Origin: a virus
Length of the DNA: 64,000 nt
IMG/VR virus record: IMGVR_UViG_3300032298_000424
Coordinates: 5,202-69,201 of that record
Strand: one strand, 5' to 3'
The notes under the pieces were generated by a model, which saw only the letters and a program-made list of their open reading frames with translations, had not been told where the DNA came from and did not search any database. The position numbers and the translations under genes were made by a program. Below are positions 49,397 to 59,548 of the stretch, piece by piece (within the stretch, counting starts at the first letter, position 1; each line of letters opens with the position of its first letter).

Positions 49397-50134
49397 ATGG
49401 CAACCCCAACCAATAGAGCAGAATTAAAAGAATATTGCCTTAGAGCATTGGGTCAGCCAGTGCTTGAAATCAATATTGACGAAGATCAGTTAGATGATCG
49501 TATTGATGAAGCACTTCAAAAATATTATGATTACCACTATGACGCGCAACGAAGAGTTTATATTCCACACCAAGTTAGTGAAATTGATATAGCTAATGGA
49601 TATATGACTCTCAGCGATGACGTAGTATCAGTTACTCGTATATTACCATTGACTTCTGCATGGTCAGGCATGAATATGTTTAATATGAAATATCAAATGT
49701 ATCTAAATGACTTTTATGCGTTATATAGAGCAGACTCAATGCAATACTTTGTTGAGATGCAACAATATCTTTCAACGCTAGATGCTTTATTGAATGGTGT
49801 TCAAACAGTACAATATCAAAGACACGGAAATAGATTATATATTGAAACTAAGTGGAGTGAGAAGATTCAAGCTGGACAATATATCATGGTTGAAGCATAC
49901 GGAAGAGTAATAAGCGATGAGATTTGGAATGATTTTTGGTTAAAAAGATATTCTACTGCATTAATACAATTTCAGTGGGGTGCAAACTTAGCTAAGTTCG
50001 ATGGTATGCAATTACCTGGTGGCGTTACAATTAATGCCCGTCAATATATCGATGATGCTGAGAATGATATTAGACTATTAGAAGAAGAACTACGTAATAC
50101 ACACGAACTGCCAGTCGACTTTTTCTGTGGATAA
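49397..50134 (+). CDS. gp13: Neck protein
   Basis: ELKEYCLRALG.PV.EIN..DQ..DRIDEAL, WLKRY.TAL...QWG.NL.KF.G.QLPGGVT.N. Confidence 0.92.
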   Translation: MATPTNRAELKEYCLRALGQPVLEINIDEDQLDDRIDEALQKYYDYHYDAQRRVYIPHQVSEIDIANGYMTLSDDVVSVTRILPLTSAWSGMNMFNMKYQMYLNDFYALYRADSMQYFVEMQQYLSTLDALLNGVQTVQYQRHGNRLYIETKWSEKIQAGQYIMVEAYGRVISDEIWNDFWLKRYSTALIQFQWGANLAKFDGMQLPGGVTINARQYIDDAENDIRLLEEELRNTHELPVDFFCG

Positions 50135-50138
50135 TTAA

Positions 50139-51176
50139 ATGCCAACCAATGTCTACTTTAATCCCGGAGTCTTATCCGAACAAAGACTTTATGAGGACAT
50201 GATCGAAGAGTCTCTAAGAATTTATGGACAGGATATTTACTATATTCCTAGAAATCTTAAAAACTTAGATAACGTAATGAATGATGCTATAGCATCTGAA
50301 TTCAATCAAGCTTACTTCATTGAAATGTATATCGACGAAGGTGGATATACCGGTGAAGGTACTATCATGTCTAAGTTCGGTTTAGAAATACGAGATCAAG
50401 CGACATTCGTTGTATCACGTAGAAGATGGGAAAACTTTATTGGTCGAGAAAATACTACCATGATTGGTGGTCGTCCCAATGAAGGAGATTTATTATACAT
50501 CCCGCTTTCTGGTACATTTATGGAAATCAAATTCGTTGAACACGAAGCTGCTTTCTATCAATTAGCCAACATTTTCGTATACGAATTGCATTGCGAAACA
50601 TTCGAATACTCTGGAGAGAAGTTCAATACTGGTTATGATATTATTGATGGTATTGAAAATACATTCGCTGCAGCTCAAACATTAAACTTGGGTTCTGGTA
50701 ATAGTATACCATTTATAGAAAATGAAGAAGTACAACAGTTCTTAGGATATGACACTGATAATAAACCAATCTTTGTATATGGAAACTTAGCTTCTGTTGA
50801 TTTTGCTGGTGGTGTTGCTGCAGCTATTACGGTAAATCAAATAAGATCTACTGATAAAAAACCAAGATACTTCCAAGAATCTGGTATTGGGGATGCAGCG
50901 ACAGAGAGACGATTGATTGGTATGACATCTGGTGCGGCATTCTTGATTACTACTGCTGGTAGTAGTCTTGAATTACCAAATGATCCTAATGCACAAAATA
51001 AAAACTTCGAAGAATTTGGAGATACGATACTTGACTTCTCAGAAACGAATCCTTTCGGAGAACCAGGAGGCGCATATGAACAACTTACATTATCAGATTA
51101 TGAACCTTCAGCAATTTCACTAGATAACAACATCTTACGCTTTGACGAAAATACGGCAACGTGGGATGCAAGATAA
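50139..51176 (+). CDS. gp14: Neck protein
   Basis: ESLRIYGQD.YYIPR, SKFGLEIRD, RPNEGDLLY.P, FVEHE..FYQL, DFSE.NPFG. Confidence 0.92.
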   Translation: MPTNVYFNPGVLSEQRLYEDMIEESLRIYGQDIYYIPRNLKNLDNVMNDAIASEFNQAYFIEMYIDEGGYTGEGTIMSKFGLEIRDQATFVVSRRRWENFIGRENTTMIGGRPNEGDLLYIPLSGTFMEIKFVEHEAAFYQLANIFVYELHCETFEYSGEKFNTGYDIIDGIENTFAAAQTLNLGSGNSIPFIENEEVQQFLGYDTDNKPIFVYGNLASVDFAGGVAAAITVNQIRSTDKKPRYFQESGIGDAATERRLIGMTSGAAFLITTAGSSLELPNDPNAQNKNFEEFGDTILDFSETNPFGEPGGAYEQLTLSDYEPSAISLDNNILRFDENTATWDAR

Positions 51177-51197
51177 CAGAATTTAACAGGAAAAATC

Positions 51198-53276
51198 ATG
51201 GCAAAACAAATACTTAACGTAGGCACAACAAATAATGATAAGACCGGTGATACACTGCGCGCTGGTGGATTAAAGATCAAAGCCAATTTCGATGAAATTT
51301 ATGCAGCTTTAGCATCTAATGGTATTAATATCTCAGGTGGTAATGTATTAAAAACTGGTGATTATCAAGACTTATCTAATAAACCTGTTTTTGCCACTGT
51401 AGCGACAACCGGAGATTTCTATGATTTAACTGATAGACCAGATCTTGGTATCTTTGTTGGTGCACCAGCTAACGAGATGGGTTCAGATGGTCACGTTGCT
51501 GGTAACATGGCATTTGATTCCAATTTTCTTTATGTATGTAAAGAAGATTATGTACAACAAGATCAATTCACTGGATTTAGTGGCGTAGTAGATAATGCAG
51601 GAGTCGTGGTTTATACTTTAAATGCTGCTAGTTCTTCAACTGGTACTACTGTAACGCTTACTGAAAATGCCGGAGCATACACTCCAGAAGTTGGATGGGA
51701 AATCGGCGATGGATCTACTACTCGTACTATAACCAATGTGGATACATCAGGAGACGATATAGTACTAACTTTAGATGGAGCATTTACGGCAACAACTGGT
51801 ACTCCATATCATATAATTTATAGTGTGAATGCAGGTCAACACGTTCTTATTGTGAATTGGAATTCAACTACATATCAAGATCTATTTGATCAATATATCG
51901 TCGATGAAAAACCAGCAAAGTTGTTTATTAGTGCTGATGGATATGGACGAATTGTAAATGATGTAGTATTAAACGCAACTGATGATGAACTATATATTGT
52001 CTATACAGCTGGTAGTGCAATTGGTGCATTTACTGGATTGACTTTTAGATTTAATCAACCGTCAATTTGGGAATCAATTCCATGGACAACTGTATTCGGT
52101 GAAGGCGGTGGTGATGGTGGCGGTGGTGGTTCTACTGGTGCTTGGACTTGGGAAGATGATGAAGCAACGCAAGCATTACTTGGTGGTGAACAAGGTTCTT
52201 ATATTGATGGCCAATCTCCAGGCGGTTTATTGCTTCATAATGATGATGCGATTACATTACAAGCCGGTGACAAAGGTTTATCTTACGATGATACTGGTGT
52301 TTTACAATTTCAAGAAGGTAGTACTATAACTGAAACACCTAATACGTTAGTTCTAACTCCTCCAACAGCATTGACTGGTCAAGGTTTAGTTATTAGAACA
52401 ACTGTAGGTGGTGGTTTATCTACTATTGATACATTTACTCCAGGTTCACCAGTAACAATAACATTTACTGATAATGGATCACATCTCAGTACAGGTGGAT
52501 ATGTAGACGACTCAGAAAGCAATACTTGGGCTTATACAATTACAGGAATTTCTGAAGCAGATTTGGGTAGTCCACTTACCGGATCATTCTTAGCAGAAAA
52601 TTGGGGCACGCCGAATATTAATCAAAACGTTATAACTTTCAATATTCCTGCTGAAAGCGAGGGTACTGGATTTACGATCACATTAGATAGAGTAATTACT
52701 GATCCTCCTTATTATCTTGAAGGTATTACTTTAAATAGCGATAATCGCATTTACCTCGAGGTTGGTGAGGTTATAACTACTGAAGTAAGTCACGTACACT
52801 TAACTACTGCTGATCCAACCACAGTTGATTTATATCTTGGTGACGATAATCAATATGTTAAGATTGAAAAAGATGGTGGTGATGTTGTCATTGGAACTGA
52901 CTCAAATACTCATCGTTGGAGATTTGATACCAATGGCGCATTAACATTCCCAGATGCATCTGTACAAACTACTGGTATACCTCAAGGTCAACAGTTATTT
53001 TTAATGGATGGGACTAATACTATGACTTACCTTACCGATGTAAATTTCAGCCTATTATTGGCAACTCCAGCTGTAGGGTATATGGGAAATGATACACACG
53101 TGATAACACTTCCAGATGGAGCTCCAGGTCAAAGATTAGTTGTTGTAAATAACGCTTCATTGTGTAATCTTGAAATTGTACCACACACTGTTCCAGCCGG
53201 AGGTAGAGCAGAGTTTGTATACACTAGCGGCACCTTTGGTGATGGTTGGATCCCATTATATGGTACAGCAATCTAA
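51198..53276 (+). CDS. Structural protein with gp9/gp10-like N-terminal domain
   Basis: MAKQILNVGT..ND.TGDTLR....K...NF.EIY, typical of the T4 gp9/gp10 N-terminus. Confidence 0.65.
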   Translation: MAKQILNVGTTNNDKTGDTLRAGGLKIKANFDEIYAALASNGINISGGNVLKTGDYQDLSNKPVFATVATTGDFYDLTDRPDLGIFVGAPANEMGSDGHVAGNMAFDSNFLYVCKEDYVQQDQFTGFSGVVDNAGVVVYTLNAASSSTGTTVTLTENAGAYTPEVGWEIGDGSTTRTITNVDTSGDDIVLTLDGAFTATTGTPYHIIYSVNAGQHVLIVNWNSTTYQDLFDQYIVDEKPAKLFISADGYGRIVNDVVLNATDDELYIVYTAGSAIGAFTGLTFRFNQPSIWESIPWTTVFGEGGGDGGGGGSTGAWTWEDDEATQALLGGEQGSYIDGQSPGGLLLHNDDAITLQAGDKGLSYDDTGVLQFQEGSTITETPNTLVLTPPTALTGQGLVIRTTVGGGLSTIDTFTPGSPVTITFTDNGSHLSTGGYVDDSESNTWAYTITGISEADLGSPLTGSFLAENWGTPNINQNVITFNIPAESEGTGFTITLDRVITDPPYYLEGITLNSDNRIYLEVGEVITTEVSHVHLTTADPTTVDLYLGDDNQYVKIEKDGGDVVIGTDSNTHRWRFDTNGALTFPDASVQTTGIPQGQQLFLMDGTNTMTYLTDVNFSLLLATPAVGYMGNDTHVITLPDGAPGQRLVVVNNASLCNLEIVPHTVPAGGRAEFVYTSGTFGDGWIPLYGTAI

Positions 53277-54052
53277 TGTTCGGTCAATACTTTTATAATC
53301 AACATCTGCGTAAGAGCGTAGCTATCTTTGGTACGCTTTTCAACAATATTACGACTGTTAAGCGTGATCAGATGGGTAATGTGTTAAGCACTGTTAAAGT
53401 ACCATTAGCGTATGGTCCAAAACAAAAGTTCTTAGCACGTTTAAAGGAAGAACCAGATCTTTTGGCTCCTGAAGTAGCACTTCGCTTACCACGTATGTCA
53501 TTTGAAATTACTTCTGTTGCATATGATACGATGGCGAAAGTTAATAGGAACATAAAATTACAAACTCCATCTATTCATGGTGTTAACACAATCTATACTG
53601 CAGCACCATATAATTTATCAGTACAATTAAACATTATTGGTAAAACTCAAGATGAAGTTTTACAGATTACAGAACAGATTTTACCATATTTTAATCCTGA
53701 ATACATAGTTACAGTAAAAGAAATACCTGAGATTGATTTGGTTAGAGATGTACCTATCACTCTACAATCTGTAACTATGATCGATGATTATGAAGGCGAA
53801 TTTGAACAACGTAGATCATTAATTTATACACTAGATTTTAATATGAAAATCGCATTTTATGGACCAATACAAAAAGATATCGGTGTTATCAAAGATTCTA
53901 CTGTTAATATTAGAAATCAAGATACACTCAAAAGGGTATCTACTATAAACAATCAAGTTTCTCCATTAAACGTTGGTCCTGCAGATCCGCATGATATTAT
54001 TGAAACAATTATTAATTATGACCAAGACTTCGGTTTTGTTGACAGCGAGTGA
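53276..54052 (+). CDS. gp15: Tail sheath stabiliser and completion protein
   Basis: YFYN..LRK....FGTLFNNI, VPLAYGPKQKFL, LPRMSFE, QI.EQILPYF.P; ATG at 53276. Confidence 0.93.
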   Translation: MFGQYFYNQHLRKSVAIFGTLFNNITTVKRDQMGNVLSTVKVPLAYGPKQKFLARLKEEPDLLAPEVALRLPRMSFEITSVAYDTMAKVNRNIKLQTPSIHGVNTIYTAAPYNLSVQLNIIGKTQDEVLQITEQILPYFNPEYIVTVKEIPEIDLVRDVPITLQSVTMIDDYEGEFEQRRSLIYTLDFNMKIAFYGPIQKDIGVIKDSTVNIRNQDTLKRVSTINNQVSPLNVGPADPHDIIETIINYDQDFGFVDSE

Positions 54053-54516
54053 ATGATATGAAAAGTATAGATACTATTGAAAGCAAAAAAGAGAAGATAG
54101 CAAAAGCCCTTAGTAAGAATATGCCGATATCGGCACCACTGGAATCTTCGCCACCGGTCGACGACCTGCAGGTTGACTATGATGTGTCGAGAGAGACATA
54201 TAAAGAGCTTATTGATAAGGGTAACGTAGCTATCGACCTCATGATGGAACTTGCAAAAGATTCGCAACATCCTCGCGCTTTCGAAGTATTAGCAGGTTTA
54301 CTAAAAACACAAGCTGATAATACCGATAAGCTTGCTGATCTCCAGAAAAAGCTTCAAACCCTTCGCAATGGGCCGAAGGCTAAATCTACTCCCGAACAAA
54401 TAACTAATAATAATGTATTTGTAGGATCTACAACAGACCTACAACGTTTTATTCTTGATCAACAAAAGAATAAGAATGATGTGATCGATGTCAACACTAA
54501 CACACCTAACCAATAA
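54049..54516 (+). CDS. gp16: Terminase small subunit
   Basis: DY..SR, A..S.HPRAFEV, NNNVFVGST.DLQ. Confidence 0.92.
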   Translation: MNDMKSIDTIESKKEKIAKALSKNMPISAPLESSPPVDDLQVDYDVSRETYKELIDKGNVAIDLMMELAKDSQHPRAFEVLAGLLKTQADNTDKLADLQKKLQTLRNGPKAKSTPEQITNNNVFVGSTTDLQRFILDQQKNKNDVIDVNTNTPNQ

Positions 54517-56137
54517 CGAGTACGGGTATCTAGGGAACCCGCTCGTTAAACGAGATGGTGTTCAACAGACTTTCTCCCAAGACGAACTATCAGAATACAT
54601 TAAGTGTATGAATGATGCTGCGTACTTTGCAAATAAGTACATTAAGATCATTAACCTTGATGCTGGTTTAGTTCCGTTTAGTCTTTATCCGTATCAACAG
54701 AAAATGTTCGATCATTTTAACGAAAATCGATTTTCTGTTGTTTTAGCATGTCGACAATCTGGTAAGTCTATCTCATCTGTCGTATATATTCTTTGGTATG
54801 CGATATTTAAACCAGAACAAACGATTGCAATCTTAGCAAATAAAGGTGCAACTGCTCAAGAAATGCTGGGCCGTGTTACACTTGCATTAGAAAACTTGCC
54901 ATTCTTTTTACAGCCAGGTTGTAAGACGCTTAATAAGAAATCAATAGAGTTCTCAAACAACTCTCGTATTGTTGCAGCTGCAACATCTGGTAACTCTATT
55001 CGTGGTATGTCAGTCAATCTACTGTTCCTTGATGAGTTCGCGTTTGTTGAGAATGATGGTACATTCTATACATCTACATATCCTGTAATTACTTCAGGTA
55101 AAACTACTCGTGTTATTATTACATCAACTGCGAATGGTTTAGGTAATACTTTCCATAAATTGTGGGAAGGTGCAGTACAAAATACTAATGACTTTAAAGC
55201 ATTTCGTGTTGACTGGTGGGACGTTCCTGGCCGTGATGATGAATGGAAGCGTCAAACAGTTGCAAACACATCAGAACTCCAGTTTGACCAAGAATTTGGT
55301 AATAACTTCCATGGTACAGGTAATACGTTAATTAATGCCAATGCGCTGTTATCTTTAAAATCTAAAGAACCACTGTATTCGATGAATAGCGTAAATGTTT
55401 ATGAAGTACCAGTAAAGAAAGATAAAGAAGATCCAGAATCTAAAGACCACAATTATATTATATTAGTTGACGTAGCAAAGGGTAGAGGGCAAGACTATTC
55501 AACGTTTAATATTATAGACGTAAGCACTAACCCGTTTAGACAGGTTGCTACATTTAGAGACAATAATATCTCTCCTCTACTGTTCCCAGATGTGATTTAT
55601 AAATATGCTAACATGTATAATAAAGCATTAGTTGTCATAGAAAATAATGATGCAGGTCAAGTTGTATGTAATGGACTATTCTATGATTTAGAATATGAAA
55701 ATACCTATACATCTAATGGTGTTAAAGCTGATGCCATCGGTGTTTATATGGATAAACGGACTAAGAAGATTGGTTGTTCGCATATTAAAGACTTAGTTGA
55801 GCAGAAAAAGATTGAGATCGTTGATGCTGAAACTATCGTAGAGATGTCTACATTCGTTTCTAAAGGTCAATCATATGAAGCTATGACTGGTATGCATGAC
55901 GATTTAATGATGAACCTGGTGATGTTTGGTTGGTTTGCTGCTACACCAATGTTTGCAGAATCAATCGATAGCGGCATGAGAGAATACATCTATGCGCAGC
56001 AAATGAAACAGATAGAAGATGAAGTACTGCCATTTGGGTTTAATGATGATGGCAGAGAAGAACAAAACCCTACTCATATAGACAACGAAGGGCAGGTTTG
56101 GCGAGAATTTAATTGGCCAGAAGATCCACAACCATGA
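54488..56137 (+). CDS. gp17: Terminase large subunit
   Basis: YLGNP, RQSGKS (Walker A), LFLDEFAF (Walker B), STANG, VDVAKG.G.DYS, HDDL.M. Confidence 0.96.
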   Translation: MSTLTHLTNNEYGYLGNPLVKRDGVQQTFSQDELSEYIKCMNDAAYFANKYIKIINLDAGLVPFSLYPYQQKMFDHFNENRFSVVLACRQSGKSISSVVYILWYAIFKPEQTIAILANKGATAQEMLGRVTLALENLPFFLQPGCKTLNKKSIEFSNNSRIVAAATSGNSIRGMSVNLLFLDEFAFVENDGTFYTSTYPVITSGKTTRVIITSTANGLGNTFHKLWEGAVQNTNDFKAFRVDWWDVPGRDDEWKRQTVANTSELQFDQEFGNNFHGTGNTLINANALLSLKSKEPLYSMNSVNVYEVPVKKDKEDPESKDHNYIILVDVAKGRGQDYSTFNIIDVSTNPFRQVATFRDNNISPLLFPDVIYKYANMYNKALVVIENNDAGQVVCNGLFYDLEYENTYTSNGVKADAIGVYMDKRTKKIGCSHIKDLVEQKKIEIVDAETIVEMSTFVSKGQSYEAMTGMHDDLMMNLVMFGWFAATPMFAESIDSGMREYIYAQQMKQIEDEVLPFGFNDDGREEQNPTHIDNEGQVWREFNWPEDPQP

Positions 56138-57156
56138 ATTTCACACTAATACTATTTGCATCGGCATTTGCAATATCATCTGTTGCTGCATATTATTCTG
56201 TAGCAGGATTAGTTGCTATATTTTCTGGCGAACCCATCGCAGCTATCATAATGGGCGTAGCTTTAGAAATAGCTAAACTTGTCGCTGCTTCATGGATATA
56301 TCGCAATTGGCAAACTACTGCTAGATTACTTAAATACTATTTTACAATAGCAGTATTAATACTTTCATTGATAACTTCAATGGGTATTTTTGGTTACTTA
56401 TCAAAATCACACTTAGAACACAGCGTTGTTTCTGGTGGAGTATCATCACAGGTTCAACTAATTGATGACAAGATATCAACTGAAAAAGAAAATATAAGCG
56501 CTGCAAGAAAAGCGTTAAAACAATTAGATGAATCAGTAGACCAAACGATGACTAGATCTACTGATGAAAAGGGTGCAGAAAGAGCTGCATCTTTAAGACG
56601 TTCACAACAGAAAGAACGTCGTACAATTTTAGCCTCGATTGATGAGTCACAAAAGACAATTGAAAAACTTAATGTAGAGAAGGCACCTATTGCTGGTGAT
56701 CTAAGAAAGATTGAAGCAGAAGTTGGCCCGATAAAATACGTTGCAGAGTTGATCTATAGTGATTCGTCAGTTGAGGTTATTGATAAAGCAGTTAGGTTAG
56801 TAATTATACTAATCATCTGCGTGTTTGATCCATTGGCTATTTTACTGTTGATAGCTGCAAATATGGAAATGAGGAAAGGTACTCCTCGTGCAAGTGCCAC
56901 AACAGAACAGAAGGAGGAGAAGATCGTGGAAAAACGACCCTCTGGAACATCGAGAACTTTACCTATAAAACCTAAAAAACCTAAAAAGCCTAGTCTTCCA
57001 AAAAGGACAAAGCCTATGGTACCAAAAAAGAAACCGAAACCAGTTCCTAAGAAAAAACCAGTTCGTAAACCCAAGAAAAGTACAGTTGGTGCTACTCCTG
57101 GATTAGATGATGTTATCACCATTAAGAAGAGCACAGTATATCGCTTCGATGGCTAG
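56134..57156 (+). CDS. Membrane protein with coiled coil and Lys/Pro-rich C-terminal tail
   Basis: Three N-terminal TM segments, coiled coil, EVGPIKYVA, TM with FDPLA, K/P-rich tail; ATGA overlap with gp17. Confidence 0.7.
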   Translation: MNFTLILFASAFAISSVAAYYSVAGLVAIFSGEPIAAIIMGVALEIAKLVAASWIYRNWQTTARLLKYYFTIAVLILSLITSMGIFGYLSKSHLEHSVVSGGVSSQVQLIDDKISTEKENISAARKALKQLDESVDQTMTRSTDEKGAERAASLRRSQQKERRTILASIDESQKTIEKLNVEKAPIAGDLRKIEAEVGPIKYVAELIYSDSSVEVIDKAVRLVIILIICVFDPLAILLLIAANMEMRKGTPRASATTEQKEEKIVEKRPSGTSRTLPIKPKKPKKPSLPKRTKPMVPKKKPKPVPKKKPVRKPKKSTVGATPGLDDVITIKKSTVYRFDG

Positions 57157-57168
57157 AAATCCAGAAGT

Positions 57169-57176
57169 TATAAATA
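57169..57176 (+). promoter_or_regulatory. T4-type late promoter TATAAATA upstream of gp18
   Basis: Exact match in the intergenic region. Confidence 0.8.
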
Positions 57177-57258
57177 TATGCAGAAGTGATAAATTCTTAT
57201 TATGGCACATATTATGCTCTCAACAATCCATATTAACTTAAAATCGAGGTAGAGAAAA

Positions 57259-58950
57259 ATGGCTTTTCAAGTTTCTCCTGGCGTAGCAATACGCGAAATC
57301 GATCTTACTAACGTTGTACCTGCAGTCTCTACTTCAATTGGAGCTACTGTAATTACAGCCTTAAAAGGTCCGATAGAGGAGATTATAACCATTACTTCAG
57401 AGAAAGAACTGGCAGACACATTTGGTGTGCCTACAGATGATACAGCGCAATACTTTTTTAACGCTGCAGCTTTCCTAAAGTACGGTAATAATCTTAAGGT
57501 GGTCCGTGTCGCTGGCTCTGGCGCATTAAATGCAACATGCGGAGTATCAACTGCAGGCACTGGACTTTTAATCAAAAATAAAGATCATTATGAAAACAAT
57601 TACGAAGATGGCTCAGCAACTCAAGGTTGTTTTGCTGCTCGTGATGCTGGTGATCTAGGTAATTCAATCTCAGTTGAATTCGTAACTAATGCTACAGGAT
57701 ATGCAGCATGGACAGATTGGAAAGATCAATTCGATACTGCTCCTGGTACATCTGATTATGCATTAGCTAAAGGTGGTACTGCAGACGAAATGCATATCAT
57801 TGTATACGACAGATCAGGTTATATCACTGGTGTTGCTAATACAGTACTAGAAAAGTTTCCCTTTGTTTCACAAGCGCGTGATGCTAAGAAATTTGACGGT
57901 ACATCAAACTACTACAAAGAAGTTATTAATGCAACATCTAAATATATTTGGTGGTTAGATCATTTATCTACATTAACAAACGCTGGTTCATTAGGTTCAG
58001 AAAACTTTGCAACGATTGATACTGTATACAGTAAAGATCTTGCTGGTGGTGCTGATGGTGCTGCGGTAGATGAAGGTGATATCGATGATGGCTTCCAAGT
58101 ATTCAACGATGCAGAAACCGTTGACGTCAACTTATTGATTGGTGCACCGACTCTTGCTTCTACAGCAGGCGAAACTCAAGCAGCTAACTTAATCGCGATC
58201 GCAGAAAATCGTAAAGATTTAATCGCGTTTGTCTCTCCTCCAATCAGTGCAACGGCAGCATCAACATCGCAAAAAGCAGATGTTATTGATTTCGTTGACA
58301 CACTAACATCAACGTCTTATGCAGTTGTAGATTCTTCAGCATTGAAGATTTATGACAAGTATAATGACGTATATCGTTGGATTCCAGCTGCTGGTCATAT
58401 GGCCGGTCTTTGTGCTAATACAGACGAAGTTGCTGACGCTTGGTTCTCACCAGGTGGCTTCACTCGTGGTCAGTTATTAGGCGTAACAAAGATTGCTTTC
58501 AATCCTAAAAAAGCTGAACGTGATGATTTATACAAAAGACGTGTAAATCCAATCGTTTCTTTCCCAGGTGAAGGCACAGTATTATTTGGCGATAAAACTC
58601 TTCTAAGTAAACCGTCTGCATTCGATCGTATTAACGTACGTCGTCTGTTTATCATCTTAGAAAAAGCTATCTCAACTGCTGCTAAGTATCAGTTGTTTGA
58701 GCTTAACGACGAATTCACTCGTGCTATGTTCCGTAACATGACAGAACCTTTCCTCAGGGAAATTCAAGGTCGTCGTGGTATTACAGACTTCAAAGTAGTT
58801 TGTGACGAGACAAACAACACTGGTGAGATCATCGACAGCAACCAGTTTGTTGCAGATATCTACATCAAGCCAGCACGTTCTATTAACTTTATTACTCTGA
58901 ACTTCATCGCTACTCGTACTGGCGTTGACTTTGCAGAAATCGGAGGTTAA
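57259..58950 (+). CDS. gp18: Tail sheath protein
   Basis: SPGV..REIDLT, FLKYG, WFSPGG..RG, FGDKT, SAFDRINVRRLF, IKPARSINFI.LNF.ATRTG. Confidence 0.97.
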   Translation: MAFQVSPGVAIREIDLTNVVPAVSTSIGATVITALKGPIEEIITITSEKELADTFGVPTDDTAQYFFNAAAFLKYGNNLKVVRVAGSGALNATCGVSTAGTGLLIKNKDHYENNYEDGSATQGCFAARDAGDLGNSISVEFVTNATGYAAWTDWKDQFDTAPGTSDYALAKGGTADEMHIIVYDRSGYITGVANTVLEKFPFVSQARDAKKFDGTSNYYKEVINATSKYIWWLDHLSTLTNAGSLGSENFATIDTVYSKDLAGGADGAAVDEGDIDDGFQVFNDAETVDVNLLIGAPTLASTAGETQAANLIAIAENRKDLIAFVSPPISATAASTSQKADVIDFVDTLTSTSYAVVDSSALKIYDKYNDVYRWIPAAGHMAGLCANTDEVADAWFSPGGFTRGQLLGVTKIAFNPKKAERDDLYKRRVNPIVSFPGEGTVLFGDKTLLSKPSAFDRINVRRLFIILEKAISTAAKYQLFELNDEFTRAMFRNMTEPFLREIQGRRGITDFKVVCDETNNTGEIIDSNQFVADIYIKPARSINFITLNFIATRTGVDFAEIGG

Positions 58951-58952
58951 TC

Positions 58953-59480
58953 ATGGCTATTCTCGGCGTAGATGATTTTAAATCAAAACTAGTTGGCGGC
59001 GGTGCACGTCCCAATCTGTTCAAGGCAACAGTTAACTTTCCAGCTTATGCTGGAGGTGAAGTTGAATTGACAAGCTTTATGATTAAAGCTGCTCAATTAC
59101 CAGCATCTGTTGTTGGTACAGTATTGGTTCCTTTCCGCGGTCGTCAACTAAAGATTGCCGGAGATCGTACATTCGATCCATGGACAATCACAGTAATTAA
59201 TGATACCGACTTTAAAGTGCGTAATGCATTTGAACGTTGGATGAACGGCATCAATCAACATCGTAACAATACAGGTTTAACAAATCCTATTGATTACCAA
59301 GCTGACATGCAAGTTGCTCAATTAGATAAAGCAGGAAATGAAGTTAAGGTATATAACTTCCGCTCTACATTCCCTACAGCTGTATCCGCAATTGAATTAT
59401 CATATGATTCAGTAGACGTAATTGAAGAATTCCAAGTAGAACTTCAAGTTCAATACTGGGAATCTGATACAACGTCTTAA
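58953..59480 (+). CDS. gp19: Tail tube protein
   Basis: GGARPNLF, KAAQLPAS, FRGRQLKIAGDRTF..WT.TV.ND. Confidence 0.96.
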   Translation: MAILGVDDFKSKLVGGGARPNLFKATVNFPAYAGGEVELTSFMIKAAQLPASVVGTVLVPFRGRQLKIAGDRTFDPWTITVINDTDFKVRNAFERWMNGINQHRNNTGLTNPIDYQADMQVAQLDKAGNEVKVYNFRSTFPTAVSAIELSYDSVDVIEEFQVELQVQYWESDTTS

Positions 59481-59500
59481 TTAAACGTTGGTAAATAGAA

Positions 59501-59520
59501 GGAGAGGGGAAACCCTCTCC
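59501..59520 (+). terminator. Stem-loop (8-bp stem, GAAA tetraloop) between gp19 and gp20; terminator or mRNA-stabilising hairpin
   Basis: GGAGAGGG-gaaa-CCCTCTCC; weak U tract; promoter-like GGTAAATAGA just upstream. Confidence 0.6.
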
Positions 59521-59548
59521 CTCACTTTGTTATTATAAAGGTATAAAA

